DNA of 63,985 nt, the filler included, from Dimargaris cristalligena (lineage: Eukaryota): NCBI GenBank assembly GCA_003614675.1. It is 5 parts of 5 records of this genome, joined end to end, with 100 filler letters (N's around TTAATTAATTAA, not from the genome) between each part and the next. Parts side by side here need not be neighbours in the genome. Positions count along the whole stretch, not along the records: positions 52,659 to 63,985 come from ML003120.1; 4 more parts are not named here. One strand, given 5' to 3'. The notes under the pieces are model-generated. The model was not told where the DNA came from, ran no database searches, and saw nothing but the letters and a program-made list of their open reading frames with translations. Of this stretch, positions 62,016 through 63,985 are shown piece after piece. Within the stretch, counting starts at the first letter, position 1, and the number at the start of each line of letters is the position of its first letter. Both the position numbers and the translations under genes were made by a program.

Positions 62016-63985
62016 ATGTTGGACATTGATTCTCAACCCCAAAGTTCAACACGAGTTGAAAGGGGAAGTCCAACTAAGCCCTCCCACAGTGTCCCTCTTC
62101 CCCAGACCCCCGTGACCCCAACAGTCGTGAACGAAGGCCCGTCGTCCCAAGGCCCAGCTGCTGCAAAAACCGGCTCCGCCTTGGGCCTTAACGGATTTTC
62201 GCATTATATGCCCCGAACTACCTCCGTCCCGGCCCAGAATTTTAGCAACGCAACTCCGGAAGCCGCAGGAATCTCCCACTCGGGACTACCCACATCCAAT
62301 GGTCCGGATTCCGCCTTATTCGCCGCCGGCTTAATTTCCCCCATCTCGCCCTTTCACGTTTCGGCCCATCAACATCCCTCCACCTTCATGGGACATGCCA
62401 TGTCCGGGGCCAATAATGCGTGGGGGGTTTTCCCCTTTCTGCAACACGACCCTGCCACTATGTTGCAAGCGGCCGCGGCGGCGGGTCAAAACACAACCAA
62501 GGTGGACTCGCAAGGCTCGATGGGCGGCTATTTAACCAACGATGCCCTAACCAATTCCTATTTATACAATATGTCGGGGGTGCCCTTTCTTTCGGGCGCG
62601 GAGGCCACTTATTTTAATAATTTCATGACCCCTACCAAGGGCACCCATCTGGATTATCACCATCAACATCCTACGGGGTTGATGGTGGGCTCGCTGGAAC
62701 AGGTGGAGGGATCTCTCAACACGTCTGTATCGGTACCCCCCTCATCTAGGCCTTGGGCTGGCCGCCCCCGGCTCGGCACCCGCCTCTGCCAAGGCCGCCC
62801 GACGTACCGTTAGTGACGGAGAGGCTTACTGGGCCGGCCTGGCCCTCCAAGGACCAACCCACTATACCCCCGTGCGCCAACGGGTAGTGTCCTACCATGG
62901 ATCGACTGACGGCCCCCCATTCCAATGCAACGGTGGTGGGGTAACGGCCTCCTCCCTTTTGATGAGTGCCGTACCCCCGCGCCCTCTGACCAGCCACCCT
63001 ACTCCGCGCAAGCAAAAGATCCCCCGGAAGGCGACGCCCAACCGTTTAACTCAAACGGGGCCCACCCCCACCGATCCGACGAGCCCCTCTTGTGGGGCCG
63101 TCTTGAACCGTAAACGTAAATACCTGCCAAATGATACGTCGGTCCGTCGCACCTCAACTATCAACCCGGAATGCCTAACGAATATCGTCCCCCTTTCAAC
63201 CCAAATCCGGCAAGATGGCACCAAAAACGGCAAACCTCAGGCGTTGTTTCGGAATATGGCGCGTAGTGGACTCGGTGTCAATACTACATCGACTTGCCCA
63301 AAGACTGGGATGGGACCCGCCTGTAAACGGACTAAACAGGATCATGCCGGGGAACTTCCACCTAATCTGGCCAAGGTGAATCGTTCCCTCGAAGCATTGG
63401 AGAAGCAGCTTCCGCCCTCCCCATCCTTGGATTCCACCATCCCCGGTCAATCGGAGGTGGATAGTGTAGATCCACTGTCAGACGACCATTCTACATCGTC
63501 ACCCGTTCGAATGACCCCAGAAAAATCAATGGGTTTGGATATGGGTCACTCCTCAACCTTTGCCACTCCCAACCACCCGCATAGGTAAGTCGATTAGTCA
63601 TTTGACTCTATTTTTAGTGACAGCCCCGATTTGCTTGCCATAGTTTATCATTATTGTCTCTAATGTAATTTTAATCTCGTATTGTACTTGGTATAACTTA
63701 ATGCATTTATTTCGGATTCGCTTATCCGTCAATCTCTAGTGTACCCGAAGAATCCTCGGCGATGCGTAATTTGAAACACAAGGTGGCTGAGCAAAAGCGA
63801 CGTGACGCTATGAAGGAGGCATTTGAGCGCCTCAAGAAAATTGTCCCCCCCTATGTGCTCGAATCCGAGGATGGGCGGGACTTGGCTCGGCCCGTTCTCC
63901 TGGCCCGGGCGGTAGACTACATGGAACAACTGACCCGCGAGGTTCACTCCCTTCGTTCTTTCCATGGTAACACGGCCCCTTTCAT
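62016..63985 (+). CDS. bHLH transcription factor, 3'-truncated by the window; +1 frameshift near 62736-62741 and intron 63585-63739
   Basis: After the intron (AG|GTAAGT...CTCTAG|T) the frame reads SVPEESSAMRNLKHKVAEQKRRDAMKEAFERLKKIVP...RPVLLARAVDYMEQL, with the H-E-R E-box-binding basic region. Upstream ORFs 62016-62813 and 62872-63588 lie in different, overlapping open frames. Confidence 0.82.

Noticed and set aside
1703-63985. Apparent cluster of regulators (TALE, bZIP, PUF, ERI1, GPCR, bHLH)
   Set aside because: They lie on separate contigs joined artificially, so co-location is not evidence of a cluster

Overview
Eukaryotic DNA with fungal-type genes and GT-AG introns; gene style suggests an early-diverging fungus (inference). 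The window is not one locus. It is five contigs of about 13 kb joined by identical artificial 100-nt linkers (N44-TTAATTAATTAA-N44). Genes supported: a TALE homeobox TF, a 4-exon bZIP TF, a 78-aa secreted prepro-peptide, an ERI1-family DEDDh exonuclease, mitochondrial ribosome recycling factor (4 exons), a Puf4-type Pumilio protein with a CCCH finger, a 1239-aa disordered protein, ORC3 (5 exons), a 7TM GPCR-like protein, and a bHLH TF split by a +1 frameshift and truncated at the window end. Most interesting: (1) a signal/pro/Kex2-site precursor of a cationic amphipathic FLP-type peptide, a candidate antimicrobial or cytolytic toxin; (2) seven copies of a ~144-bp MITE with GGG...CCC ends and 4-bp target duplications; (3) His-to-Arg at the catalytic position of the ERI1-like nuclease; (4) the bHLH frameshift at CCCCCC-T; (5) a 920-bp CpG-free repeat relic; (6) a decayed small secreted-protein gene.
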